Shown: positions 36,779 to 50,060 of the stretch, in pieces
How positions within the stretch are numbered: the first letter of the stretch is position 1
How the letters are laid out: each line of letters starts with the position of its first letter
NCBI RefSeq assembly: GCF_964213995.1
Contig: NW_027590882.1
Span: 62,001-126,000, forward strand
Direction: 5' to 3'
Length of the DNA stretch: 64,000 bases
Source of the DNA: Mustelus asterias
Taxonomy: Eukaryota
The notes under the pieces: model-generated
Seen by the model: the letters and a program-made list of their open reading frames with translations, nothing else
Database searches by the model: none
What the model was told of the DNA's origin: nothing
Made by a program: the position numbers and the translations under genes

Positions 36779-39392
36779 ATAGAACATAGAACAGTACAGC
36801 ACAGAACAGGCCCTTCGGCCCACGATGTTGTGCCGAGCTTTATCTGAAACCAAGATCAAGCTATCCCACTCCCTATCATCCTGGTGTGCTCCATGTGCCT
36901 ATCCAATAACCGCTTAAATGTTCCCAAAGTGTCCGACCCCACCATCACTGCAGGCAGCCCATTCCACACCCCAACCACCCTCTGCGTAAAGAACCTACCT
37001 CTGATATCCTTCCTATATCTCCCACCATGAACCCTATAGTTATGCCCCCTTGTAATAGCTCCATCCACCCGAGGAAATAGTCTTTGAACGTTCACTCTAT
37101 CTATCCCCTTCATCATTTTATAAACCTCTATTAAGTCTCCCCTCAGCCTCCTGCGCTCCAGAGAGAACAGCCCTAGCTCCCTCAACCTTTCCTCATAAGA
37201 CCTACCCTCCAAACCAGGCAGCATCCTGGTAAATCTCCTCTGCACTCTTTCCAGCGCTTCCACATCCTTCTTATAGTGAGGTGACCAGAACAGCTCACAA
37301 TATTACAAATGTGGTCTCACCAAGGTCCAGTACAGTTGCAGCATAACCCCACGGCTCTTAAACTCCAACCCACTGTTAATAAAAAGCTAACACACTATAG
37401 GCCTTCTTCACAGCTCTATCCACTTGAGTGGCAACGTTTTGAGATCTGTGGATATGGACCCCAAGATCTCTCTGTTCCTCCACAGTCTTCAGAACCCTAC
37501 CTTTGACCCTGTAATCCACATTTAAATTAGTCCTACCAAAATGAATCACCTCACATTTATCAGGGTTAAACTCCATTTGCCATTTTTCAGCCCAGCTTTG
37601 CATCCTATCTATGTCTCTTTGCAGCCTACAACAGCCCTCCACCTCATCCACTACTCCACCAATCTTGGTGTCATCAGCAAATTTACTGATCCACCCTTCA
37701 GCCACCTCCTCTAAGTCATTAATAAAAATCACAAAGAGCAGAGGACCAAGCACTGATTCCTGTGGCACTCCGCTAGCAACCTGCCTCCAATCCGAAAATT
37801 TTCCATCCACCACCACCCTCTGTCTTCGATCAGACAGCCAGTTACCTATCCAATTGGCCAACCTTCCCTCTATCCCACACCTCCTCACTTTCATCATAAG
37901 CCAACCATGGGGGACCTTATCAAATGTCTTACTAAAATCCATGTATATGACATCAACTGCCCTACCTTCATCAACACCTGCAGAAGGCAGAGAGTGGCTG
38001 TGGAGGGGTCTTTCTCTGCATGGAGGTCAGTGACCAGTGGAGTGCCCCAGGGATCTGTTCTGGGACCCTTGCTGTTTGTCATTTTCATAAATGACCTGGA
38101 TGAGGAAGTGGAGGGATGGGTTGGTAAGTTTGCTGACGACACCAAGGTAGGTGGTGTTGTGGATAGTTTGGAGGGATGTCAGAAGTTGCAGCGAGACATA
38201 GGTAGAATGCAAGACTGGGCGGAGAAGTGGCAGATGGACTTCAACCCGGATAAGTGTGTAGTGATCCATTTTGGCAGATCCAATGGGATGAAGCAGCAGT
38301 ATAATATGAAGGGTACCATTCTTAGCAGTGTAGAGGATCAGAAGGACCTTGGGGTCCGGGTCCATAGGACTCTTAAATCGGCCTCGCAGGTGGAGGATGC
38401 GGTCAAGAAGGCGTACGGCGTACTGGCCTTCATTAATCGAGGGATTGAGTTTAGGAGTCGGGAGATAATGCTGCAGCTTTATAGGACCCTGGTTAGACCC
38501 CACTTGGAGTACTGCGCGCAGTTCTGGTCACCTCATTACAGGAAAGATGTTGAAGCCATTGAAAGGGTGCAGAGGAGATTTACAAGGATGTTGCCTGGAT
38601 TGGGGGGCATGCCTTATGAGGATAGGTTGAGGGAGCTTGGTCTCTTCTCCCTGGAGAGACGAAGGATGAGAGGTGACCTGATAGAGGTTTACAAGATGTT
38701 GAGAGGTCTGGATAGGGTAGACTCTCAGAGGCTATTTCCAAGGGCTGAAATGGTTGCTACGAGAGGACACAGGTTTAAGGTGCTGGGGGGTAGGTACAGA
38801 GGAGATGTCAGGGGTAAGTTTTTCACTCAGAGGGTGGTGGGTGAGTGGAATCGGCTGACGTCGGTGGTGGTGGAGGCAAACTCGTTGGGGTCTTTTAAGA
38901 GACTTCTGGATGAGTACATGGGATTTAATGGGATTGAGGGCTATAGATAGGCCTAGAGGTAGGGATATGATCAGCGCAACTTGTGGGCCGAAGGGCCTGT
39001 TTGTGCTGTGGCTTTCTATGTTCTATGTTCTAACACACTTAGTTACCTCCTCAAAAAATTCAATCAAATTTGTGAGGCACGACTTGCCCTTCACGAATCC
39101 GTGCCGACTATCCCGGATTAATCCGCATCTTTCTAAATGGTCGTAAATCCCATCCCTAAGGACCTTTTCCATCAATTTACCAACCACCGAAGTAAGACTA
39201 ACCGGTCTATAATTACCAGGGTCATTTCTATTCCCTTTCTTAAACAGAGGAACAACATTCGCCACTCTCCAGTCCTCTGGCACCATCCCCATGGACAGTG
39301 AGGACCCAAAGATCAAAGCCAAAGGCTCTGCAATCTCATCCCTTGCCTCCCAAAGAATCCTCGGATATATTTCATCAGGCCCAGGCGACTTA
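36779..39392 (-). mobile_element. CR1 (family C), 5'-truncated, host of a nested CR1
   Basis: RT fragments at 39023-39322, 37376-37942 and 36856-37263 are collinear. Confidence 0.93.
37978..39031 (+). mobile_element. Young CR1 (family B) nested antisense in the family C copy
   Basis: Near-identical to 32460-33510; TSD AACAC at 37973-37977 and 39032-39036. Confidence 0.95.
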
Positions 39393-39617
39393 TTGATGCA
39401 TTAATTATTGAGCAGAAATCATTGATCCCTTAGATATTTGCCGGACGACCGCTTATAAATGTTGAAGTTCAAGATGAGTTGAGAAATCAGGTTGAAAGAA
39501 ACGATTTTTGTCTTGTATTAAGTGACATGGGCTCTCAGTTTTACCATTAGAGCCTGCAGCAACACAGTCGAGTTGAACATTGTGGTCAGGCCAATTGGCG
39601 GCACTATGCTGGTAGTT

Positions 39618-39690
39618 GTTTCTGTAGTGTAGTGGTTATCACGTTCGCCTCACACGCGAAAGATCCCCGGTTCGAAACCGGGCAGGAACA
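39618..39690 (+). tRNA. tRNA-Val (anticodon CAC)
   Basis: 73 nt; acceptor stem GTTTCTG/CAGGAAC, anticodon arm TTCGC-CTCACAC-GCGAA, T loop GTTCGAAAC; about four differences from the canonical vertebrate tRNA-Val-CAC as I recall it. Confidence 0.93.
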
Positions 39691-40427
39691 TTTATTGAAA
39701 TTATTCATTTTGTATGCGGGAAGTTTTGCATGGTTTCAGTTGTTGCTGAACATTCTCCGAATCTCGATGTTGCAGCCATATTATCTTTGGTCTGACCTCG
39801 GCCACAAATGCTCTCAGTAAAATCAGAAATGCTGTATTTTAAGACGCAATGAGGAAATAAATGTTTGTACTTAGACACCGTGCGCATATTAGCAACTTGT
39901 TCAGTCCATAACAGAATTTAATGGATTTATAAATGCAGACTAACATAGTTAATCACCATCTGAAACATGTCGAACAGTAGTGTGTGCTCATAAAGACAGA
40001 CACAAGTGAAACTGTAACTGAACTAGAGGAAATGGCGCACATGTCCTGGAAGCATATTTTTTGAATTGTTCTTCAGAATAAAGAAATGGGAAAAAATCAC
40101 TCAGGCAGATGAGTAAATCGAAACTCAGTGTAGATCTGCTGGACTTTTTTCTATAGATGAACGGGATTTAGGCGCCAGAATGTTTCACGCGCAGAATAAA
40201 GAGGGATCAAGTATAACTAGCAGATCATTATTAAGCCTTTTCCCTTTAAAGATATTTGATATTGTTTAAAAGCTGACTATCTCAAATAAGCACCATGGGA
40301 TGTTTACTACCCAGTGACTCGATTTCTTTTATTGGTCAGTCATGTTTGCAATGCAATGTTGCATATTCCCGAGATATTCAACTCAGAATGAAGATGGATG
40401 TATTCAATACATGTATTCATATTTAAT

Positions 40428-41252
40428 ATAGAACATAGAACAGTACAGCACAGAACAGGCCCTTCGGCCCACGATGTTGTGCCGAGCTTTATCTGAAACC
40501 AAGATCAAGCTATCCCACTCCCTATCATCCTGGTGTGCTCCATGTGCCTATCCAATAACTGCTTAAATGTTCCTAAAGTGTCTGACTCCACTATCACTGC
40601 AGGCAGTACATTCCACTCCCCAACCACTCTCTGCATAAAGAACCTACCTCTGATATCCTTCCTATATCTCCCACAATGAACCCGATTGTTATGCTCCCCT
40701 TGTAATAGCTCCATCCACCCGAGGAAATAGTCTTTGAACGTTCACTCTATCTATCCCCTTCATCATTTTATAAACCTCGATTAAGTCTCCCCTCAGCCTC
40801 CTCCGCTCCAGAGAGAACAGCCCTAGCTCCCTCAACCTTTCCTCATAAGACCTACCCTCCAAACCAGGCAGCATCCTGGTAAATCTCCTCTGCACTCATT
40901 CCAGCACTTCCACATCCTTCTTATAGTGAGGAGACCAGAACTGCACACAATATTCTAAATGTGGTCTCACCAAGATCCTGTACAGTTGCGGCATAACCCC
41001 ACGGCTCTTAAACTCCAACCCCCTGTGATTAAAAGCCAACACACTATAGGCCTTCTTCACAGCTCTATCCACTTGAGTGGCAACGTTTTGAGATCTGTGG
41101 ATATGGACCCCAAGATCTCTCTGTTCCTCCACAGTCTTCAGAACCCTACCTTTGACCCTGTAATCCACATTTAAATTAGTCCTACCAAAATGAATCACCT
41201 CACATTTATCAGGGTTAAACTCCATTTGCCATTTTTCAGCCCAGCTTTGCAT
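40428..41252 (-). mobile_element. CR1 (family C) 3' fragment
   Basis: Near-identical to 36779-37605. Confidence 0.93.
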
Positions 41253-41970
41253 CGGTGTGTGGGAAGGGATTCACTCAGTCATTCTACCTGTGCAGACACA
41301 ATCTCACTCACAGCAATGAGAGACCGTTTAAATGCTCTGACTGTGGGAGCGGATTCAGAAGCTCTCAGGATCTGGTGTCCCACCAGCGCATTCACACTGA
41401 GGAAAGACCATTCAGCTGCTCTCACTGCACAAAGAGGTTTAAATGGTCATCCAGCCTGCGGGTACACCAGCGAGTTCACACTGGGGAGAGACCATTCCCC
41501 TGCTGTGTGTGTGGGAAGGGATTCACTGCTTCATCCAGCCTGCTGAAACACAAAGCCACTCACTCCAAGGAGAGCCCCTTTAATGCTCTGCCCGAGAGGC
41601 CGGCTTCAGAAGCTCTCAGGAACTGATGATCCCCGAGCACATTCACACCGGGGAGAGGCCGTTCAGCTGCTCTCACTGTTCAAGGAGGTTTAGAATATCA
41701 CCAACACTGCTGAAACACCAGTGAGTTCACACCGGGGAGAAACCATTCACCTGCTCGGTGTGTGCGAAAGGATTTACTCAGTTATCCAGCCTGCCCAGAC
41801 ACAACATCATCACACCCAGGAGAGACCCTTTAAATGTGGGCGCGGCTTCAAAAGCTCTCGGGAACTAATGTCCCACCAGTGAGTTCACACCAGGCAGAGG
41901 CTGGTCACCTGCTCTGACTGGGAAGGGATTCAATCAGTCAGCAAACTTGGTGAAACACCAGTGAGTTCAG
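41253..41970 (+). pseudogene. C2H2 zinc-finger array pseudogene (about 8 fingers, frameshifts and stops; 5' end abuts the CR1)
   Basis: CGKGFTQS...H, ERPFKCSDCG, HTEERPFSCSHC, HTGERPFPCCVCGKGF. Confidence 0.9.
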
Positions 41971-42059
41971 AAGTGATGACAGTTCTGGGATTATTCTTGT
42001 GAATCTTTCTTGCCCCTTCTCCAGTGCCTCTGTTTCCTTTTTCTAAATGGAGATCACAA

Positions 42060-43240
42060 ATAGAACATAGAACAGTACAGCACAGGAACAGACCCTTCAG
42101 CCCACCATGTTGTGTCGAACATGATGTCAAATTAAACTCTTCCTTTCTGCCTGCCCTTGGTCCATATTCCTCTATTCCTTGCATATTCATGTGCTTATTT
42201 AAAACCCCCTTAAACGCCCCTATCGTATCTGCCTCCACCACCACTCCGAGCAGCGCATTCCAGACACCTACCACTCTCTGTGTAAAAACCTTACCTCTCA
42301 CATCTCCTTTGAACTTTCCCCATCTCACCTTAAGTGCATGCTCCCTGGTATTAGACATATCAACTCTGGGGGAAAAGATTCTCTGTCTCTCATTTTATAG
42401 ACTGCTATCAGATCTCCCCTCACCCTCCACCGCTCTCGAGAAAACAACCCTCGTTTGTCAGTCGCTCACACCCTCCAATCCAGGCAGCATCCTGGGAAAC
42501 CTCTTCTGCACCCTCATCAAAACCTCTGCATCCTTTCTGTAATGTGGCGACCAGAATTGAACACAATATTCTAAGTGCGGCCCAAACAAAGTTTTATAAA
42601 GCTGCAACATGACACGCTGACTCTTGTACTCAATAAAGGCCAGCATGCCATATGCCTTCTTTACCGATAAATATTTGTGTGGCTAATTTCAGGGAGCTCT
42701 GGACTTGAACCCCAAGACCTCTGTACATGAACTGCATACTTATCCTTAATATTTGATCTCCCAAAGTGCAGTACCTCACACTTGCCCGGATTAAAATCCA
42801 TCTGCCATTTCTCCGCTCATATCTACAGCTGATCTACATCCCACTGTATCCTTTGACAACCTTTGACATTATCTACAACTCCATCTAGTTTTGTGTCATC
42901 TGCAAGCTTACTAACCCACCCATCCACGTTTTCATCCAAGTTATTGATATATATCACAAATAGCGCACGTCCCAGTACGGATCCCTGCAGAACACCACTA
43001 GTCATGGACCTCCAGTCAGAAAAACACCCTCCACCACTACTCCCTGACTTCTATGGGCAAGTCAATTCTGAATCCAAGTGGCCAAGTCACCGTGAATCCC
43101 ATGCATCTTAATCTTCTGGATGAGCCGACCATGAGGGACCTTGTCGAAAGCCTGACTAAAATCCATGTTCACAACATCCACTGCTCTACCCTCATCGATC
43201 ACCTTCATCATCTCCTCGATAAAATCGATCCAGTCAGTAA
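42060..43240 (-). mobile_element. Old CR1 3' portion
   Basis: TSGVLQGSVLG, KLADDTK, PHLEYCVQFWSP. Confidence 0.88.
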
Positions 43241-43869
43241 GATGTTGACGGTGCTCCCACTGCAGTCCTGTGATGAAAATATAGACTGGTTGGTGAAATG
43301 TAGATAACAGGTAGAATTGATATCTAATGAGGACTTTAGACTTCAGAATTGAATAAAGGGCTCAGTGTTACTAACGGGGAAAGAAGGGTTAAACCCCTTA
43401 CCCAGAACCCTTTTCACACACACGTGGACATCTCTGAATCTGACGCACACCAAATGGAACGTTACACAAGGGGCTGGAATTCACTGGAATTTCTTAACAA
43501 CCTTTCAATAGAAATGTCCTGGTACCGACTGTGACAAAGGACACAACAGACAGCAAGAACCAGGAGGAACCTTTAACACAGAGAATGTTAATAACCTTGT
43601 TCAGGACACCGGTGCCAGGCACAGGAGGATCCCAGGAAAAACGGAACATTTAATTTCTGTGTTTCACAATTCTAAATGACTGATTCTTTAACATAGGAAT
43701 GTTTAAAAACAGCATTGTGATATTCCAAGGTCAACTGTGTCTGGGAAAGGGGCACACTGATGTGTTTTTATTTTAAACAGGAGGATCCATTGAAAAGCAG
43801 CTCTGGGCGATATGAGCACCTCCTGACCTACTTTCAATTCATTTCAAATCACCCATCACTTTCCCTGGA

Positions 43870-44262
43870 ATATTCTTTATTCTTTCCTGGGATGTGGACA
43901 CTGCTGGCAAAGCCCCAGCACACGTTGCTCAGCTCCTAATTGCCCTTGAACGGAGTGACTTGCTCGGCCATTTCAGAGGGACAGTTAAGATTCACCCACA
44001 TCGCTGTGTGGGTCTGGATTCACATGTCGGCCAGACCGGGTAAGGATGGCAGATTTCCCTCCCTAATAGGGAGCATGAAGAGGGTGAACTGGAAGGGTTT
44101 TTACAACAGTCGATAGTATCATGGTTACCGTTTCTGAGACTAACTTTATATAATTCCAGATTGATTCACTGAATTGAAATCCCACCAGCTGCCTGTCCCC
44201 AGATCCTTTGCTGGGTCTCTGCATTACTCGGCCAGAGACATTCCCACTATCCCACCACCTCC
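43870..44262 (-). mobile_element. SacSINE1-like DeuSINE
   Basis: Same core as 7668-7983 (GGAAATCTGCCATCCTTACCCGGTCTGGCC). Confidence 0.7.
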
Positions 44263-47200
44263 CACTGAATGGAATATTCCACACAACCCCTTAGTTAAAC
44301 AGGAAGTAGAAAAGAGAAAGGCTTTGACCTTTGGATGACCTCATCACCAACTACAGAAACCTTACAGCTGACCATTCTGTAAAAGTTTATAAACTTTATT
44401 TTTATAAAACACAGAGTAAGAAACAGGTGAAAAGTAACGATGGACGTTGTGACTGACATCAGAAACATTGATTGACCGGATAAACACTCACTACATCACA
44501 GAGCGATCCTCAACCATTAAAGAATTGACCCACAATAAGGAATGAGAGAGCCTTATAAAAAGGGGCAGGAGTTTACACAGAGAGGTGACATCCACAGCTG
44601 CTCAGGATGATGGAATTCAGTTCAGGAAGGGGATAAAGTGAGAAGCTTTTGTGATTCAAGACAGAAGTATTGAACAATCTGGAATCAGTGCTTCTCGAGC
44701 TTGCTGAAGAGCCGAACACATCAATTAATCTCATCATAAAAACCCCCAGTGTAAATAACATGGATTTGACTGGCAAATGTTGAAGTGTTGATTCAGAGAC
44801 ACAAGTTTTGACTTCCCATTTGAGCCTGGGACACCTTTCCGTCTCTCTATTGCTCATGTCAATGACAGCCAGGCGACGGAGCTGAGGGCTGAATTTAGCT
44901 GAGATTAACAGGGCCTGCGCCCCAGTTGGGAAACTGCCCTGGGCATTGCACTTATAGAGAGACAGGAAGCTGCTGGAGGACTGACTGGGAAATGGGCCTC
45001 CAACCAATCAGGGCACCGGAGGAGGTGACCGGGGCTGATGGTGATGTGACCCCCGGGGTTCAGTGTCCCTGTATCCAAAGCGGGGAGTCGCGGGAACAGG
45101 GTACAGAGGAGCTGAAGAGAAACCATTTGTGTCCAGAACATTGTGAACATCCTTTACTCTGGTTGTCTTTGATCCTCAAGTCATTTTCTGTTTGTTTTAA
45201 CCATGTTCTGTTTCATTAATAAACTTTTATCAGTAAAAATATTTGATTTTTCTGGACATTTCCTGATGAGATTGATGCACTTTAGGGAAAGTGGGTGGGA
45301 GGGGTTGGCAGGCTCTTTAACAGAAAGTGAGTCCCTCTAAGGTAATTGGCAAAGGAACCAGAGGGGGAGATGGGATTTTATTTTTGACTCAGCGATGTTA
45401 GAAAATGGAGTTCAGGGAGTCAATTAACCCTTTCTCCCCTTTTCCCAAACTCTGAAATGATTCCCAGTGATAACCCTTATTGGTGACAGTGGTTAGATTT
45501 TATTCAGTATCAATAAGAGCCGACACAGGCTAATGTCTGAGCAGTCGTATCAAAGTGCAGCAGCATTACCATTACACTCTGGGAAGAAGCAGCATCTCCA
45601 CGGAAATGCTCCCTGCTCTGCCCCAGATGCCATGGCACCAGTCAATGCAATATGTAAAACCTCGACAAATCTCTGTGCTCGGGGAATCCCTTCTTATACT
45701 TTTTTACATCACAAAGTCTATGGAGACTGATTTAACCCAATCATTGCTCAGCTAACACGTGAACGGATCAATTACAAAACCTGTCATTGAACCATCTGTA
45801 CCTGCCCAAGCCATGTCAAACTCTCAAACAATTGTCTTCCCACGCTCCGTCCCTGGTACAGGGAGTCAGCATTCCCATGCCAAGCAGTGAAAACATGGTG
45901 TTCGTGACACCCAGGTGTCATCCAGGATTCAAGGCACTCCTGTTTTCTCTGTCCTCTGGGAGCTGTTTATCTCCCTGTTCCCACACAGCAAGTCGTCTGT
46001 TCTCAGCTCTGCTGGATTTCTGCTGAAGTTTGACCCCTTTTACACCTTTCGGATCAATAAAACATTTGGTTAATGAAGATCCAAACCACAATTTCCCATC
46101 CTGTCACCTGTCAACCATCCTTACCCAGAGCGTAATCACAACAGGAATAAAAACAGGAGAAGTGTCACAATCAAATTCAAAATCAATGCACAGCCAGTCA
46201 TAGAATTTAATTTAATATTCACTAATTAGCAAGAAAACCCAAAGTAGGGGGTCCCCCAGGATTCTTACAGTCCACACCTTGAGGGGGGAGAACTCTCCCT
46301 CTGACCCCTCACTCAATTTCAATCCGTTATTGTCCAGTTCTGGCCCCGCCTGGGGTAACATCTACTTGATCTTTCCTACTCCTGAAGGAGCACCGTGAGT
46401 TCTAGGTTACTTGTACATAAGGACAGATGCTTCAAGCAACAGATCAAGCATGGATGTAAAAGATTCTCCAGCTCTCTCTTTACCCCTATCTAAGTTGTGG
46501 ACAGTTCTTACTGTGTTATTTCCCCCAAGCCCTTAATTGTCCCAATCTATAATATTATCCATTTTATTTTAATTTTCCTCACTGTGTGAGCATGTGCAGT
46601 GTGTTTAATTGGATCCTGATTGTTTTGAACTCAGTTTCTCTGGAGTGTGTGTCAGTGCCTTGATGATGTCACAATGTTGTCTCAATGCCCTGGCCACATG
46701 AACCATTTCATCTCCTGCTGTGTCTCAAGTAGCTGTGTGTGTTTGGGACCCGCTCTTCACTCCATCTCACCATGGATTTAGGCTTGCTATTTTTCACATG
46801 TAACACATCACATCTGCACACTCACTCCGGTATCCCAAAATCATGTCACACATTCTTAACTTTCAGATGTGCTGATGAAAAGATCAAAGTGAGTGTCTGT
46901 CTTTCTTATCTCCCCCTGTTATGGTGCTGATATTTCATGTAGTGGCCGGGCTTTCAAACAAAGTTCATGGACAAAGTTGTAAATATCTCCCAGAGAAAGT
47001 GATCAACTTATTCATCCCATCCCATTCCAGACTTTCACTAGACTGTAGGTGGATACCAGATTGATATATTCCATTCAACCACTCGCAAGGTGAGTTATTC
47101 CAATTTCTTTATTGTCCAGGACAATATATTCACAATATCTTTAAAACAGAAATTAAACATTCCCATTTGATTTCAGGTATTAACACATTCTGTTAGTTTG

Positions 47201-47774
47201 TTCTTTATTGTCGATGTCAGGCTGGGGTTGTTCTCCTTGGAGCAAAGGAGGTTGAGGGGAGATTTGATAGAGGTGGACAAGCTTCTGACAGGTTTAGATA
47301 AGGTGGACAAAGAAAAGCTGTTCCCATTAGTTGATGAGACAAGGACGAGGGGGACACAGATTTAAGGTTCTGGATCAGAGGCGTGGAGGGGAGGGGGGGC
47401 GGATGTGAGGAAGAATATTTTGAAGCAGTGAATGGTAATGACCTGGAACTCGCTGCCTATGAGGGAGGAGGAAGTGGAGACAACAAACAATTACAAAGGA
47501 AATTGGACGGGCATTGGGGGGTTTCAAACAGAAATGCTGACTAAATATCTCTGACCTTCCTCACATCCTGTCACTCTGTGATCCTTGTGAAATTTGAAAC
47601 CAGGTATTCGCAACAAGACTGAAAGAGCATCAGCCCACTGGAGGCTGAGACCGGCCAGTCCAGCAGAAAGAAACCCTCTGACCCTCCCCATTGACCAACT
47701 GTGAGAATGAACAAAATGCAGTCCTGGATGCAACTGAGAGCAGAAACAAGAACAGCAGAATCCAACCCCTGGAA

Positions 47775-48113
47775 TCACTCGTGAACTTGCTGGTGTCTCA
47801 GCAGGTGGGATGAAACTCTGAATCCCTTCCCACACTGAGAGCAGGTGAATGGTTTCTCCCCAGTGTGAACTCGCTGGTGTGCCCGCAGGTCGGATGACTG
47901 AGTGAATCCCTTCCCACACTGGGAGCAGGTGAACGGCCTCTCCCCAGTGTGAATTCGCTGGTGTGTCTGCAGGCTGGATAACTGAGTGAATCCCTTCCCA
48001 CACTGGGAGCAGGTGAATGGCCTCTCCCCAGTGTGGCTGCGCCAATGAGCTGCCAGCAGACATGGGTATCTGTATCCCTTCCCACAGTCCACACATTTCC
48101 ATGGTTTCTCCAT
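47775..48113 (-). CDS. Small KRAB-less C2H2 zinc-finger protein (4 fingers, about 112 aa from MEKPWKC)
   Basis: Open frame with four C-x2-C-x12-H-x3-H fingers and TGERPF/TGEKPF linkers; splice acceptor near 48465; candidate CpG promoter near 49.9 kb. Confidence 0.8.
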   Translation of the reverse strand: MEKPWKCVDCGKGYRYPCLLAAHWRSHTGERPFTCSQCGKGFTQLSSLQTHQRIHTGERPFTCSQCGKGFTQSSDLRAHQRVHTGEKPFTCSQCGKGFRVSSHLLRHQQVHE

Positions 48114-48599
48114 GGTGCAGGTGTCCTTACCTCTCTCTTGGGTGGACAATTAGTTGAAACTTCGTCCACACACAGAACAAGATTACAGTCTCTACCCGCT
48201 GTGAATGGTGTGATATTTATTCAGACTGTGTAACTGGTTAAAGCTCTTTAGTCAGTGCAATGGAACACTCTCACTCGAGTGTGGCAGTGTGTCGATGCTT
48301 TTTCACTCACACTGACATTTCAAATCTTTTCAAATTGACAGACTGGACAATCATTTCTCCTTCTGGATTCAAAGTCTGATGATATTGAGGTCCCAAGGAA
48401 TATGATTCTGTCGCGTCTAGACGTGACGTTTGAGATTTCAGCCTGTGATTCCTCTTTCAATATCCTGTAAAATGAGTTTACAAAAGTCATCAGTGTCAGT
48501 ACAGGATAGAAATTCAGAACAGACAATTTCTATGGAACATTCTTTCCTCTCTCATTCCCCAAAAGCTGGAAATCTCCATCCCACACACTCTCTCCCCAT

Positions 48600-48790
48600 T
48601 CTCAGCAGGTCTGGCAGCATCTGTATGGAGAGAAAAGAACTGATGTTTCAGAGCTTTGACAAAGGGTCGTCTAGACAAGAAACATCAGCTCTTTTCTCTC
48701 CTTACAGATGCTGCCAGACCTGCTGACATTTTCCAGCATTTTCTCTCTTGGTTTCAGATTCCAGCATCCGCAGTAATTTGCTTTTATAAG
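48600..48790. mobile_element. Penelope family B inverted terminal fragment (a similar copy lies at about 51640-51805)
   Basis: Inverted arms CAGCAGGTCTGGCAGCATCTGT / ACAGATGCTGCCAGACCTGCTG. Confidence 0.65.
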
Positions 48791-49500
48791 GCTGCAGATA
48801 CCTCCTCCCAAGTAACATGCGTGTGCCCAAGACATCACCACTTGTTTCCCTTATTTCTTTAGCACCCATGGTGCTCTCCGCAGTAAACACAGAGGAGAAG
48901 TATTCATTAAAAATCTCACCCATCTCCTGTGGCTCCACACACAGATGGCCATACTGATTTTTAAGGGGATCTATTCTCTCTCTAGCCACCCTTTTACTCT
49001 TAATATATCTATAGAACCTCTTGGAATTTTCTTTAATCTTACCTGCCAGATCCATATCATACCCTCTTTTTGTCCTCCTGATTTCCCTCCTCAGTATTTT
49101 CTTACACGTTTTATAGTCAGAGTGATTCACTTGTCCCCGATTTCCTAAACCCAATGTATGCTTCCTTCTTTTACCTGACCAGAGCCTCAATGTCCCTTGT
49201 CTGCCAGAGATCCTTAAATTTGCCATTCTTTCCCTGCATCTTAACAGGAATATACTGCCCCTGGATTCTTGATATCACACTTTTAAAACCTCCCAGTTGC
49301 CAGTCATTCCTTTCCCTTCAAACAAACTCACCCAATCGACATCTGCTCGATCCTGCCTAATGCCCACAAAAGTGGCCCTGTTCCAGTTTAGGGCCTTGAC
49401 CTGTGGACCTGTCCTATCTTTTTCCAGAACTATTTTGAAACTATTGGTGCTCCCAATCGTGCTCCCTGACTGACACTTCAGTCACTTGCTCCACCTCATT
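48790..49500 (-). mobile_element. CR1 ORF2 internal fragment
   Basis: EIRRTKRGY..DLAGKIKENSKRFYRYIKSKR...FNEYFSSVFT. Confidence 0.85.
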
Positions 49501-49825
49501 TCTTAACTGTCTAATAGAAAGTGAGTCCAGGAATTGATGATGAAAAATAAGGAGCTGGGAGATGAATTGAACAAGTATTTTGCCTCGGTCTTCACAATAG
49601 AGATACAGTTAAAACTCAGAAACAGCTGGAAATCAGAAAACAGAAGTGTGGGATGAACTCTGAAAAAGCACAATTCCCAGGGAAGTGGTCCTCAGCAAAC
49701 TGTTGGAGCTGTGGGCTGATGAGTCCTCGGGTCCTGCTGGGCTTCATTCTCGGGTCCTGCTGGGCTTCATTCTCGGGTCTGAACAGAGGGAGATCGTTGG
49801 TGTTCAATTTTCTAAACCGTCCGTC

Positions 49826-50060
49826 GCCATTACCCGCACTGCGCATGCTTCAGGCCCCGCCCCTCATTCACTCCGATTGTTTGGAGGACCAGCCGCTCCC
49901 GCTCGGTCATCCAGCCCCGCCCCCTCTTCCTATTAGTCCGGAGCTGCCGTCAATCAGTCCCCGGGCATTGTGATGTGGAGCATGCGCAGTGTCATTGCTG
50001 TCCTTGGCGCTTGTTTGTCCCGGAGAAGCGGAGTCAGCGTTAGGCGGTGGCTGGGAGGAT
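49826..50060. promoter_or_regulatory. CpG-rich, probably bidirectional promoter
   Basis: Inverted NRF1-like 13-mers CACTGCGCATGCT (49837-49849) and AGCATGCGCAGTG (49979-49991) flanking two GC boxes. Confidence 0.6.
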
